64,000 nucleotides of DNA, taken from the NCBI RefSeq assembly GCF_009834535.1, contig NC_045696.1, forward strand, positions 101,496,001-101,560,000, in the 5' to 3' direction. Source of the stretch: Camelus ferus. Taxonomy: Eukaryota. The notes beneath the pieces were generated by a model. It did no database searches. It saw nothing but the letters and a program-made list of their open reading frames with translations, and was not told the DNA's origin. Below, piece after piece: positions 63,712-64,000 of the stretch (position 1 is the stretch's first letter; every line of letters begins with the position of its first letter). A program made the translations under genes and the position numbers.

Positions 63712-64000
63712 GCGCAGCACATTAATTGCAAATATGGCCCTGATTCTTTTCTTCCCTGAATCCATGTGCTTTGCATCATGACTTCACAGGTCCTCCCATC
63801 TAGAGGTCTATTTCCCCAACGGTCTCTGCATGCCTCATGACCTGTCTTGGCCAATACTACATGACAGACAAAATGGTGTGCCAATTGCAAACCTAAGCTC
63901 AAGAGGCCTTGCACATTTCCAGTTGGTACTTGAACTCTGCCATTTCCAGGAAAATAAACCCACACTAACCTGCTAACAAGCCGAGGGATCATATAGAATA
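63712..64000 (+). mobile_element. MaLR LTR (MLT1E/F-like), running off the right edge
   Basis: aaatatggccctgattct...cctcccatctagaggtctatttcccc...tgacctgtcttggccaata...cctaagctcaagaggccttgcac. Confidence 0.7.

Noticed and set aside
299..63992. The supplied ORF track (60-146 aa ORFs) as protein-coding genes
   Set aside because: The ORFs are short, many begin at non-ATG codons, none shows a recognisable cellular domain, and many lie inside repeats. This is what non-coding mammalian DNA produces by chance.
1..64000. Prokaryotic-type systems (CRISPR arrays, operons, defence islands) or a NUMT
   Set aside because: The sequence is mammalian nuclear DNA with no repeat-spacer array, no gene-dense segment and no mitochondrial-like stretch.

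Overview
This is AT-rich, CpG-depleted mammalian nuclear DNA, most likely from a camelid (alpaca, llama or camel). The species call rests on three tRNA-derived SINEs resembling the camelid vic-1 family and on cetartiodactyl-type L1 3' ends. I recognise no protein-coding gene, RNA gene or CRISPR array. The listed ORFs are short and look like chance ORFs or decayed transposon frames. The window is dominated by interspersed repeats: old L1M, L2, MIR, CR1/L3, MLT1 LTRs and hAT MITEs, plus younger L1s, SINEs and one MER41-like solo LTR. Most retroelements lie on the + strand, and there is a strong minus-strand splice acceptor at the left edge, so the window may be one large intron of a minus-strand gene (inference). 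The most interesting features visible in the sequence are fossils of retrotransposition and repair: (1) a SINE-L1 chimera inside one target-site duplication (TSD) at 13.3 kb; (2) an exact 27-bp locally templated insertion inside an L1 3' UTR at 43.5 kb; (3) a candidate L1 3' transduction at 43.6-43.8 kb; (4) a 5'-inverted L1 built from two L1 types at 50.5-51.4 kb; (5) a MER41-like LTR whose GAS motif has STAT6-type spacing. I found no evidence for a wholly new biological system. Repeat family names come from recalled consensus sequences and need RepeatMasker/Dfam confirmation. Boundaries given without a TSD are approximate.
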